A stretch of 64,000 bases of DNA, taken from NCBI GenBank assembly GCA_022710185.1, contig JAKLHK010000005.1, positions 65,682-129,681 on the forward strand, written 5' to 3'. Below, in pieces: positions 41,927-50,387 of this stretch. The number at the start of each line of letters is the position of its first letter. The first letter of the stretch is position 1. The translations under genes and the position numbers were made by a program. This DNA is from Bacteroidota bacterium. GTDB lineage: Bacteria > Bacteroidota > Bacteroidia > Bacteroidales > JAGNHN01. The notes beneath the pieces were generated by a model, which saw only the letters and a program-made list of their open reading frames with translations, was not told where the DNA came from and searched no databases.

Positions 41927-41937
41927 GGCATTCTTCC

Positions 41938-43122
41938 TTGATCATGCATTTCCAGGCTAAAGACCAGGGCTACGGCCACCCTTTTCCGGATCCCGCGCAG
42001 TTGCTGCTGCTGAAAGCAGCCTTGTGCGAGGGGGAAGAGGCCATCCTCGCCTGGCAGGCCTGGCAACAGGCTTTCGACCTGAAAGACCCCCTGGATGCCG
42101 GTTCATACCGCACCCTCCCACTGCTGTACCGCAACCTCAGCCGGGTGCTCCCCCAGGAGCCCCTGCTCCCCAAGTTGAAAGCGGCCTACCGCCAGTCGTG
42201 GTACCGCAACCAGCAGGTACTGCACCGCGGACTGCCGGCGCTGCGCCTGTTGCGTGGGGCGGGTATCGAGGTGATGCTGCTGAAAGGCGCGGCCCTGGGG
42301 CCGCTCTGGTACGGTGATGCCGGGGTCAGGCCCATGGCTGACCTGGACGTGATGGTTTGCCCGGCGGACGCCTGCAGGGCCCTGGACCTGCTGAAGGAGG
42401 CCGGCTGGACCCCTGAAGAACCGGGAGCGGTGGAATATAACCTGAGGTACGGCCGCGCCATGGGACTGCGCGATGCGGAAGGCTGGGAGCTCGACCTGCA
42501 CTGGCATGCGCTGTTCGAGGGGCTGCGCCACGAAGGAGTGGACCTGTGGCGGAATGCGGCGCCGATGGAACTGCAGGACCTTACGGTCAAAGTGCCCGAA
42601 CACGCCATGATGCTGGTGCACGTCATGGTGCATGGGCTCCGCTGGAACCCCGAGCCCCCCATCCGCTGGATCCCCGACAGCCTGCAGGTGATGCGGGCCA
42701 TGGGGGCCGGGGACTGGGAGCGCGTCACGGAGCTGGTGAGGGCATACCGCATCCAACTGCCCATGCTGCAGGCGCTGGGGTACCTGAAACAGCACTTTGG
42801 AGCGGAGGTGCCCGAGCACATCCACCTTGCGCTATCCAACATGAGTACCGGCTATGCGGAGCGTGCGCTCTGGAAGGCGCAGCTGCGTCCAGGGGCGGAG
42901 CGGCTGCCGGAAGCCTTCTTCCCCCGGCTGCACTACCTCTTCGGAGTGTATATGCGGCAGAGCGGGCGTTCGGGATTGCTCCCCAACCTGGCTGGTTTCC
43001 CGGCCTTCCTGGCTTACCGGACCCGCGGAAAATCACGGCTGCAACTGCTGGCCTATTATGCAGGACGGGCCTGGAGGGGCCGGAGGAAAGACACCGCTCA
43101 CCCCCACCCCAACACCCCATGA
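41938..43122 (+). CDS. Uncharacterised nucleotidyltransferase family protein (NTP_transf_5-like)
   Basis: 394 aa. The MLLKGAALGPLWYGDAGVRPMADLDVMV motif is typical of this family. Confidence 0.7.
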   Translation: MIMHFQAKDQGYGHPFPDPAQLLLLKAALCEGEEAILAWQAWQQAFDLKDPLDAGSYRTLPLLYRNLSRVLPQEPLLPKLKAAYRQSWYRNQQVLHRGLPALRLLRGAGIEVMLLKGAALGPLWYGDAGVRPMADLDVMVCPADACRALDLLKEAGWTPEEPGAVEYNLRYGRAMGLRDAEGWELDLHWHALFEGLRHEGVDLWRNAAPMELQDLTVKVPEHAMMLVHVMVHGLRWNPEPPIRWIPDSLQVMRAMGAGDWERVTELVRAYRIQLPMLQALGYLKQHFGAEVPEHIHLALSNMSTGYAERALWKAQLRPGAERLPEAFFPRLHYLFGVYMRQSGRSGLLPNLAGFPAFLAYRTRGKSRLQLLAYYAGRAWRGRRKDTAHPHPNTP

Positions 43123-43126
43123 AGCC

Positions 43127-44815
43127 ATGCCCGAGCTGAAAACAACCCGCCCTTTGTTCGCCCGCCCGGCCTGGAGGTATTTCCTGAGGGCCTACCAGGG
43201 CATGCACCGGCGCCTGGCCTTCACGGCACTGGGCTCCTCGGCCCAGGTGCTGCTGCTGGTGCCCATGCTGCTGCTGGTGAAGTACGCTTTCGACACCGTC
43301 ATCCCGCAGGGCGGGGTCAGGACCCTGATCGTCATCGGTCTGGGCATATTACTCCTGCGCATCCTGCACAGCCTGCTGGCCCTATGGATGCGGCACATCA
43401 GCATAGGGATCATCAACACGGCCATCCTTCGCATAAGGCAGGACCTGCTGGACCGCCTCTACGCCCTGCCCCGGTCCTTTCACACGCGGGAGGACCCCCG
43501 GCTGCTGCATGCACGCATCGTGCAGGACAGTGAACGCCTCACCCAGTTAAGCAATTCTCTCATCTCCAAAATACTGCCATCGGGCATCATCAGCCTGGCG
43601 CTGATCGTACTCTTGCTCGTGCTCAACCCCTGGCTCACGGGCTGCATCCTGGCCCTGGGGCCGCTCATCTATTGGAGCAACCGTCGCATGGGCCACCGCA
43701 TCCAGGGCAAGGTGTTCTCCTTCCAGCGCAGCTTTGAGCGATTCAGCCAGGGCATGCTGTTCGTGCTGCGTTACCTCGACCTGACCCGCAGCCAGTCGGC
43801 GGAAGCATTGGAGGTGGAAAGGCAGCGGGCCACCCTCGACCGGCTGAGGCAGGAGACCGGCGATATGGCCTATAGTTTCGCCCTCAATGCCCAGCTCCAG
43901 GAGCTCCTGAGTTCACTGAGCGGGATCCTGATCATCATCCTGGGCGGGGCGGCCGTTGCCCTGGAATGGATGAGCCTGGGGGATTTCGTGGCCTTCTATC
44001 TCGCTGCCGGCTTCCTCAACCGTCATGTCGGCTTCATCACCTCCTCCCTGCCCGAGGTGGTCGCCGGCAACGAGTCACTGATCACCTTGCACCGCCTGAT
44101 GGACCTTCCGGACGAGCTCCCTTATCAGGGCCGCAGTTTCCCGGGCTTTGACGGGAGCATCCGCATGGAAGGCGTGGTTTTCGGGTATGGTGAAGAAGCG
44201 GTGCTGCGTGGGGTGGACCTGGCGCTCAGACCAGGCGCCCGGGTAGCCGTGATCGGCCCCAATGGCGCGGGGAAGACCACCCTGATCCAGCTCCTCCTGG
44301 GATATTACCGGCCGTGGGGCGGCATCCTGAAGGCCGGGGGGCACCCCTACGAGGGCCTGGACATGGTCCGGCTGAGGCGGGGCATCGGGCTGGTGGCCCA
44401 GAATCCTTCCCTGTTCTCCGGCACCGTAAAAGAGAACATCCTCTACGGTAATGAGGCCTTCGAAGCAGAGGGCCTGGGCGGTGCCCTGGAGATGGCCGGG
44501 CTGAACGAATGCCTGGGGCGCCTGCCCCATGGATTGGATACGGAGATAGGGGAAGACGGGGTGAGGCTGAGCGGGGGGGAGCGCCAGCGCATCGCCATGG
44601 CCCGGGCACTGGTCCGCCGTCCTCCCCTCCTCATCCTGGATGAGCCGACCAACCACCTCGACCTTACGTCGGTGGACCGCATCATGGAAACCCTGAACCA
44701 CCTGCCCTGGAACCCCGCCATCCTGCTGATCAGCCATGATATGCGCCTGGTGCGGCATGCCACGGAGGTGTATACCCTGCAGGGCGGCCTGCTCATCCCC
44801 ACCGGTAAACCCTGA
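43127..44815 (+). CDS. ABC exporter, fused permease/ATPase (MsbA-like)
   Basis: 562 aa from the ATG at 43127. It has an N-terminal 6-TM domain, Walker A GPNGAGKTTL, signature LSGGERQRIAMARAL and Walker B LLILDEPTNHLD. Confidence 0.88.
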   Translation: MPELKTTRPLFARPAWRYFLRAYQGMHRRLAFTALGSSAQVLLLVPMLLLVKYAFDTVIPQGGVRTLIVIGLGILLLRILHSLLALWMRHISIGIINTAILRIRQDLLDRLYALPRSFHTREDPRLLHARIVQDSERLTQLSNSLISKILPSGIISLALIVLLLVLNPWLTGCILALGPLIYWSNRRMGHRIQGKVFSFQRSFERFSQGMLFVLRYLDLTRSQSAEALEVERQRATLDRLRQETGDMAYSFALNAQLQELLSSLSGILIIILGGAAVALEWMSLGDFVAFYLAAGFLNRHVGFITSSLPEVVAGNESLITLHRLMDLPDELPYQGRSFPGFDGSIRMEGVVFGYGEEAVLRGVDLALRPGARVAVIGPNGAGKTTLIQLLLGYYRPWGGILKAGGHPYEGLDMVRLRRGIGLVAQNPSLFSGTVKENILYGNEAFEAEGLGGALEMAGLNECLGRLPHGLDTEIGEDGVRLSGGERQRIAMARALVRRPPLLILDEPTNHLDLTSVDRIMETLNHLPWNPAILLISHDMRLVRHATEVYTLQGGLLIPTGKP

Positions 44816-44837
44816 CCCACACGATACGACAGCCATC

Positions 44838-47321
44838 ATGGATGCCCCACGCAAGACCGAATTCGAACAGCAGCATTTTTTCCGGCAGAGCCTGAGCGGC
44901 TATGCACAAGCCTCGGAAGCCCGGGGGGAGCGTAAGTTCTATTACCAGCTCGCCGGTACCGTGGTGTGCATCGCCTTTGCCGGGGATGCCATGGTCCCCC
45001 TGCTGAGCCCGGCCCTGGAACACCTGCGCATCCCCGATCCCGGCCGCTATAACGCGCTGTTCTGTGTATGGGACAGCGAGAGCACCGGCGTGAGCATGCC
45101 TCCCCCACCCTGTGCCTGGTCGGCCTTCACCGACCGGGGCGACATCTGGGGCTTCGGCAGCCCGCGCATCCGCACCGCATGGCACTGGGGCGAGTTTTCG
45201 GTGAACGTGATGGACCTGGAGACCGGCACCGCGGTGTACTGGGTGGAGACCGCCCGGGCCCTGCCTTACTGGGCCGTCGCCTCCCCCTTCCGCACCCTGT
45301 TCCATTGGTGGATGGAGAAGAACGGGGGGCAACTATTGCATGCCGCAGCGGTTGGCACCGCTGAGGGGGCCGTGCTGATCACCGGCAAGGGCGGAGTGGG
45401 GAAATCATCGACCGCCTTGAGTTGCCTTAACGAGGGAATGTACTATATAGCAGATGATTACCTCTTCGTTACCGAATACCCTGAACCCAGGGTACACAGC
45501 CTGTACGCTACCGCCAAGCTGAACTGGGATGACCTGGAGCGTTACCCCCGCCTGGCTCCCTGGATCGCTCCCCCTATGAAGGAAGGCCAGGAAAAGGCCA
45601 ACCTGTTCCTGTATCCCGGACTGAAGGACAGCATCATGCCGCACCTCCCCTTGCGCGCCATCCTCACCCCGGTATTCGCCCCGGGCCCCGATACCAGCCT
45701 GGCCAGCGTACCCTTCTGGACCCTCCGCGGCAATATGGCGTTCACTACCATGTCGCAGCTCCCTTATGCCGGGAGGCAGACCCATGAATACATCGGGCGC
45801 CTCTGCCGCAGCCTGTCCATCTATGAGCTCAGGCTCGGGCAGGAGCGCGACCGGGTTCCCGGGGTACTGCGTCAGTTGCTGGGTTCGCCCCCCGGGGAAC
45901 TGCCGGCCCAGCCCGACATCCGCCAGGCCGGGGGACAGCGCCCGCTGATCAGCGTGATCATGCCGGTATACAACGGCGAGGTTTTCATAAAAGAAGCCAT
46001 CGCCAACATCCTCTCCCAGGGATACCCCGCCCTGGAGATCATCATCGTCAATGATGGCTCCACCGACCGCAGCGAGGAGATCATCCTGGGATTGGACTGC
46101 GATGTGCGCTATTTCCGACAGGAGAATGCCGGGCCGGCCGCTGCACGCAACCGGGGCATACGGGATGCCTCGGGAGAGTTCATCGCTTTTTTGGACGTGG
46201 ACGACCTCTGGCCCGAGGACAACCTGCATTACCTGGTGAGCGAGATACAACAGGATCCTGGCTGCCTGGTGGTACATGGGTACGCCCAGTTGCTGCAGCA
46301 AGACCCGGAGAGCGGGGCCTACGGCTATGCCGGCAACCCCGGGGAATCCTTCCCGGGCTACATCGGAGCCGGGCTGTACCGCAGGGAAGCCTTCCAGCGG
46401 GTAGGGCTGTTCGACACCATGATGCGCTTCGGGGAGGATGCCGATTGGTTCAAACGCGCTTCGGAACTGGAGATCCCGCTGAAAAAGCTGGAGGAGGTGA
46501 CGCTGTATGTGCGGCGCCACGGGGGCAATATGACCCAGGGCAAGGACCTGGTGGAGCTCAACGCCCTCAAGGTGTTCAAGAAATCGCTGGACCGCAGGCG
46601 GGGCAAGCTGACCATTCCCGGGCTGGAGGACAAGCAAGTGCTGCCCCTGAGCGTGGTGCTGCCGTGCTACAATGCCGAAGCCTATCTGGGCGAGGCCCTC
46701 GACAGCATCCTCAGCAGGGAGGCCATCCCGCAGGAGATCATCGTGATCGACGACGGGAGCATCGACGATTCCCTGGCCATTGCCCAAAGCTATCCACCCC
46801 CGGTGAAGGCGGTGAAACAGGCGAACCGCGGTGCCGCGGCGGCACGCAACCATGGCATACTGCTGGCCTCCCAGGAGTTCCTTAGTTTTTTGGATGCCGA
46901 TGATATCTGGGTCAATGCCATGCCGGGGACCCTTTTCAAGGCCCTGCAGGAAGATCCGGGGCTGGACATGGTGTTCGGGATGGTGGAGCAGTTCATCAGT
47001 CCTGAGCTGCCGGAAAGCCAGCATACCCACCTCAGGGAGGAGCTGAAGACCATGCCCGGCCTGCTGATGGGTGCCATGATGGTCCGCAGGGCCTCCTTCG
47101 ACAGGGTAGGCCCGCTGGACGAGCAGCTGAACCTGGCCGAGTTCATCGACTGGATGAGCCGGGCGGCCCAGCTTGGGTTGAAATACCAGGTGATCCCCGA
47201 TCTGGTGATGCGGCGCAGGATACACACCAGCAACCAGGGACTGCTGAAGAAGGACAAGATGCAGGACTATACTGCCGTGGCCAGGGCCGCCCTACAGCGC
47301 CGAAGAGACCCGAAGCCATGA
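44838..47321 (+). CDS. Tri-domain protein: HprK-related kinase-like domain plus two family-2 glycosyltransferase domains
   Basis: 827 aa from the ATG at 44838. LHAAAVGTAEGAVLITGKGGVGKSSTALSCL...IADDY (P-loop at nt 45384-45407), then ISVIMPVYNGE...IIVNDGSTD...LDVDD, then LSVVLPCYNAE...IVIDDGSID...LDADD. Confidence 0.8.
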   Translation: MDAPRKTEFEQQHFFRQSLSGYAQASEARGERKFYYQLAGTVVCIAFAGDAMVPLLSPALEHLRIPDPGRYNALFCVWDSESTGVSMPPPPCAWSAFTDRGDIWGFGSPRIRTAWHWGEFSVNVMDLETGTAVYWVETARALPYWAVASPFRTLFHWWMEKNGGQLLHAAAVGTAEGAVLITGKGGVGKSSTALSCLNEGMYYIADDYLFVTEYPEPRVHSLYATAKLNWDDLERYPRLAPWIAPPMKEGQEKANLFLYPGLKDSIMPHLPLRAILTPVFAPGPDTSLASVPFWTLRGNMAFTTMSQLPYAGRQTHEYIGRLCRSLSIYELRLGQERDRVPGVLRQLLGSPPGELPAQPDIRQAGGQRPLISVIMPVYNGEVFIKEAIANILSQGYPALEIIIVNDGSTDRSEEIILGLDCDVRYFRQENAGPAAARNRGIRDASGEFIAFLDVDDLWPEDNLHYLVSEIQQDPGCLVVHGYAQLLQQDPESGAYGYAGNPGESFPGYIGAGLYRREAFQRVGLFDTMMRFGEDADWFKRASELEIPLKKLEEVTLYVRRHGGNMTQGKDLVELNALKVFKKSLDRRRGKLTIPGLEDKQVLPLSVVLPCYNAEAYLGEALDSILSREAIPQEIIVIDDGSIDDSLAIAQSYPPPVKAVKQANRGAAAARNHGILLASQEFLSFLDADDIWVNAMPGTLFKALQEDPGLDMVFGMVEQFISPELPESQHTHLREELKTMPGLLMGAMMVRRASFDRVGPLDEQLNLAEFIDWMSRAAQLGLKYQVIPDLVMRRRIHTSNQGLLKKDKMQDYTAVARAALQRRRDPKP

Positions 47322-47327
47322 CCCCAA

Positions 47328-47376
47328 TATCTGATATCAGATATCTGATATCTGATATCAGATATCTGAAATCTGA
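47328..47376. repeat. Heptamer array TATCWGA x7 in mixed orientation (palindromic blocks)
   Basis: tatctga tatcaga tatctga tatctga tatcaga tatctga aatctga fills almost the whole 59-nt gap between convergent stop codons (47321 and 47381). It contains the perfect palindrome tatctgatatcagata. Confidence 0.9.
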
Positions 47377-47380
47377 TTTC

Positions 47381-47935
47381 CTACTTCGTCGTCTCCCCGC
47401 CCATCGCGGTGAACACGCTATCAACCGGCTCCCAGAGCTCGATCTTGTTCCCTTCAGGGTCCATAATGTGGATGAACTTCCCGTAGGAGTATTCCTCTAT
47501 GGAATCCAGGATGGTGACCCCGCTCTCCCGGAGCTTGCGGACCAGTCCTTCCAGGTTCTGGACACGGTAATTGATCATGAACTCCTTGGTGGATGGGTCC
47601 ATATAATCCGTGCCTTCATGGAAGGGGCTCCATTGAAGGTAATTGATCTCTTCGGGCCGGTGGGCGTTCCTGAACTCGAAGGGGGAACCGTAGTCATTGA
47701 TGGCGAGGCCCAGGTGCTTCCCATACCAGGATTTGATCGAGGAAGGGTCCTTGGCGCGGAAAAAGATCCCGCCTATCCCGGTAACCTTAGGGGTGGTATC
47801 ATCCATAATTATTTGGTTTTCTGATGTTTCAATCATATCTTTCGTTGTATCCCGGTCACACCCTGCACCTGGGCTGCATGAACTGAGCGCGAGGGACAGG
47901 CCGAGCCAGAGGGAGGCAGGCAACAGTTTATTCAT
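47381..47935 (-). CDS. VOC (glyoxalase/bleomycin resistance) family lipoprotein
   Basis: 184 aa. Lipobox LALSSC in the signal peptide, and a VOC-like core (GIGGIFFRAKD ... HIMDPEGNKIELWEP). Confidence 0.75.
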   Translation of the reverse strand: MNKLLPASLWLGLSLALSSCSPGAGCDRDTTKDMIETSENQIIMDDTTPKVTGIGGIFFRAKDPSSIKSWYGKHLGLAINDYGSPFEFRNAHRPEEINYLQWSPFHEGTDYMDPSTKEFMINYRVQNLEGLVRKLRESGVTILDSIEEYSYGKFIHIMDPEGNKIELWEPVDSVFTAMGGETTK

Positions 47936-47967
47936 GATCTGGTCAGGTTATCTCCGGTCAAAACTAA

Positions 47968-49824
47968 TCAATCCGGGCCGAATACCTCACCGAAACGGGG
48001 ATCACCTGCGAGGTGGGCCTGGGAGGCTTTATCGAAAAGATAGTCCCCGATCACCAGGAAGTCCATTTCGGTGCGCATGAAACAGCGGAAGGCGTCGTCG
48101 GGGGTACAGACGATGGGCTCCCCCCTCACATTGAAACTGGTGTTGACGATCACGGAGGTCCCCGTGAGGCGTTCCATTTCCTTCATTACCTGCCAGTAGC
48201 GGGGATTGTCGCGGCGGTTCACGCTCTGCAGCCGGGCGGAGTAATCGATGTGGGTGACCGCAGGGATATCGGAACGCCCGAAGTACAGGCGTTCGTAGAG
48301 CTCCTTGCGGTCGTAGCCTTCGGGCAGGGGGATGCAGCGCTGACGGTCCACGGGCACTACAAGGAGCATATAGGGAGAAGGGGTACTCAGCTCGAAGTAC
48401 CGGGCAACGTCCTCTTCCGGCACCGAAGGGGCGAAGGGGCGGAAGCCTTCCCTGTACTTGATCTTGAGGTTCATTTTCTTCTGCATGCCCGGGTTACGGG
48501 CATCACCCAGGATGCTGCGGTTGCCCAGGGCCCGGGGGCCGAACTCCATGCGTCCCTGGAACCATCCCACCACTGCCCCATCCGCGATCTTCTGCGCCAC
48601 GGTACGGGCCAGCTCGTTGAATTCCTCGAATTTCTTGGCCTGGGCGCCATAGCGACGAAGGAGGCTTTCGGTTTCCTCCGGAGGAAAGGACGGGCCCAGC
48701 AGGGCAGCATTCATGGCATCGGGCTGTTGCGGGCGGCGGTCTCTCCCTTCCCAGAGGTGCCCACCGAGCAGGGCGGCGCCCAGGGCACCCCCGGCATCTC
48801 CGGCTGCGGGTTGAATCCAGAACCCATCGAAGATACCGGACTGCAGCAGCTTGCCATTGGCCACGCTGTTCAGGGCCACACCCCCGGCCATCACCAGGTT
48901 GGATGACCCCGTAAGTCTCCTGGCTGTGGCCGCCAACAGGAGCACGATCTCCTCGGTGACCTGCTGGATGGCCAGGGCCAGGTTCATATGGTCCTGGCGC
49001 AGGGGATCGGATTCTTTGCGGGGGGGCATCCCGAAGAGGTCGGTCCAGCGGCGGTCATCGCACATCCTGAGCCCGGTGGCAAAACGGAAATAGCGCATGT
49101 TCAGCAGCAGGGAGCCGTCCTCGCGGATATCGCACAGCTCCCGGCGGATGATGTCAGCAAACGCTTTCGTCTGTGGATCCTGGGCCAGGCCGTAGGGTGC
49201 CAGCCCCATCAGCTTGTACTCCCCGCTATTGACCCTGAACCCGAGGTACCAGGTAAAGGCTGAATACAGCAAACCCACGGAATGTGGGAAGTGCAGCTCA
49301 CGGAGGATGCGGATGTCGCGCCCCTGACCATGACCGATGGTGGTGGTGGCCCATTCGCCCACCCCGTCGATGGTGAGGATTGCCGCCTCCTGGAATGGGG
49401 AAGGATAGAAGGCGCTGGCGGCATGGGAGAGATGGTGCTCCGGAAAGAGCAGGGGTACTTTTCCGGTGCCGAACTGAGCCAATTCTTCCCTCAGCATGCG
49501 TTTCATGAACATCTTCTCCTTTATCCATACCGGGATGGAGGTAAGGAAGCTGCGATAACCTTTGGGTGCGAAGGCATGGTAGGTCTCCAGCAGGCGCTCG
49601 AACTTCAGGAAGGGTTTGTCATAGAACACTACCGCGCTCAGTTCGTCGTAGGGGATGCCCCCTTCCCGCAGCACATAGCTGACGGCATGGCGGGGGAAGC
49701 CGGGGTCGTGCTTGCGGCGCGTGAAGCGCTCCTCCTGGGCGGCCGCTATGATGCGGCCATCGACGACCAGGGCGGCGGCACTGTCGTGATAAAATGCGGA
49801 GATCCCGAGTATGGCGTCCGGCAT
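47968..49824 (-). CDS. Carbamoyltransferase (NodU/CmcH/SxtI family)
   Basis: 618 aa. The N-terminal ILGISAFYHDSAAALVVDG...AAQEERFTRRKHD and the overall pattern are typical of the family. Confidence 0.88.
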   Translation of the reverse strand: MPDAILGISAFYHDSAAALVVDGRIIAAAQEERFTRRKHDPGFPRHAVSYVLREGGIPYDELSAVVFYDKPFLKFERLLETYHAFAPKGYRSFLTSIPVWIKEKMFMKRMLREELAQFGTGKVPLLFPEHHLSHAASAFYPSPFQEAAILTIDGVGEWATTTIGHGQGRDIRILRELHFPHSVGLLYSAFTWYLGFRVNSGEYKLMGLAPYGLAQDPQTKAFADIIRRELCDIREDGSLLLNMRYFRFATGLRMCDDRRWTDLFGMPPRKESDPLRQDHMNLALAIQQVTEEIVLLLAATARRLTGSSNLVMAGGVALNSVANGKLLQSGIFDGFWIQPAAGDAGGALGAALLGGHLWEGRDRRPQQPDAMNAALLGPSFPPEETESLLRRYGAQAKKFEEFNELARTVAQKIADGAVVGWFQGRMEFGPRALGNRSILGDARNPGMQKKMNLKIKYREGFRPFAPSVPEEDVARYFELSTPSPYMLLVVPVDRQRCIPLPEGYDRKELYERLYFGRSDIPAVTHIDYSARLQSVNRRDNPRYWQVMKEMERLTGTSVIVNTSFNVRGEPIVCTPDDAFRCFMRTEMDFLVIGDYLFDKASQAHLAGDPRFGEVFGPD

Positions 49825-49831
49825 GGCAGGA

Positions 49832-49984
49832 TCAGAACAGGGTATAGATGAAGGGGGCCACTGCTGACCCGGCCGTCAGCACGATGAGGAGGCCGAAAAG
49901 CAGCAGCACAAGGATGAGCGGCAACAGCCAGAACTTCTTTCTGACGCGCAAAAAACCCCAAAGGTCCTTGAGAAATTCCATCAT
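49832..49984 (-). CDS. DUF5989 / SxtK-like small membrane protein
   Basis: 50 aa, MMEFLKDLWGFLRVRKKFWLLPLILVLLLFGLLIVLTAGSAVAPFIYTLF. I trimmed it from the 114-aa ORF. It lies next to the carbamoyltransferase. Confidence 0.7.
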   Translation of the reverse strand: MMEFLKDLWGFLRVRKKFWLLPLILVLLLFGLLIVLTAGSAVAPFIYTLF

Positions 49985-49988
49985 GGGT

Positions 49989-50378
49989 TCAATACAGTTG
50001 TTCCAGGTCGGAAGAGGTGAAGGTATGATCGCGGGTGTGGAAGACCGAGCTCCGGGCCTTGCGGAAACTCCGCAGCTGCAGGGGATCGCGGCCCAGGGCC
50101 CTGCGGGCCAGTCCCAGGGGGATGACGAATACCCCATAGATGAGGGTGAGCAACACCAGGGACGCCCCCTGCCCAAGGAGATCAGTCAATGGGTACCAGG
50201 CCCTGGCGAAGGGGTAATAAGCCGAAGGCCAGGCCATCAGCAGCAGCATGGCCCCGATAATCCAGGGTACCAGGGTGATATTGTCGGTGAAGTGCGCGAC
50301 GATCAGCAGGATCAGCACGAGGGCCATTCCGGCATCGCGGCATTCCTTGCGTCCATACTGCCTGGCAGGCTTATGCAT
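49989..50378 (-). CDS. SxtJ-like membrane protein
   Basis: 129 aa with hydrophobic segments. It sits upstream of the SxtK-like and carbamoyltransferase genes, as in sxtIJK-type trios. The call relies on context and general pattern. Confidence 0.55.
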   Translation of the reverse strand: MHKPARQYGRKECRDAGMALVLILLIVAHFTDNITLVPWIIGAMLLLMAWPSAYYPFARAWYPLTDLLGQGASLVLLTLIYGVFVIPLGLARRALGRDPLQLRSFRKARSSVFHTRDHTFTSSDLEQLY

Positions 50379-50387
50379 ACAGCAAAG

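Noticed and set aside
45405-47225. 606-aa minus-strand ORF
   Set aside because: It is antisense to the HprK-like/GT2/GT2 gene, which has clear GT2 motifs. This is the high-GC shadow-ORF pattern.
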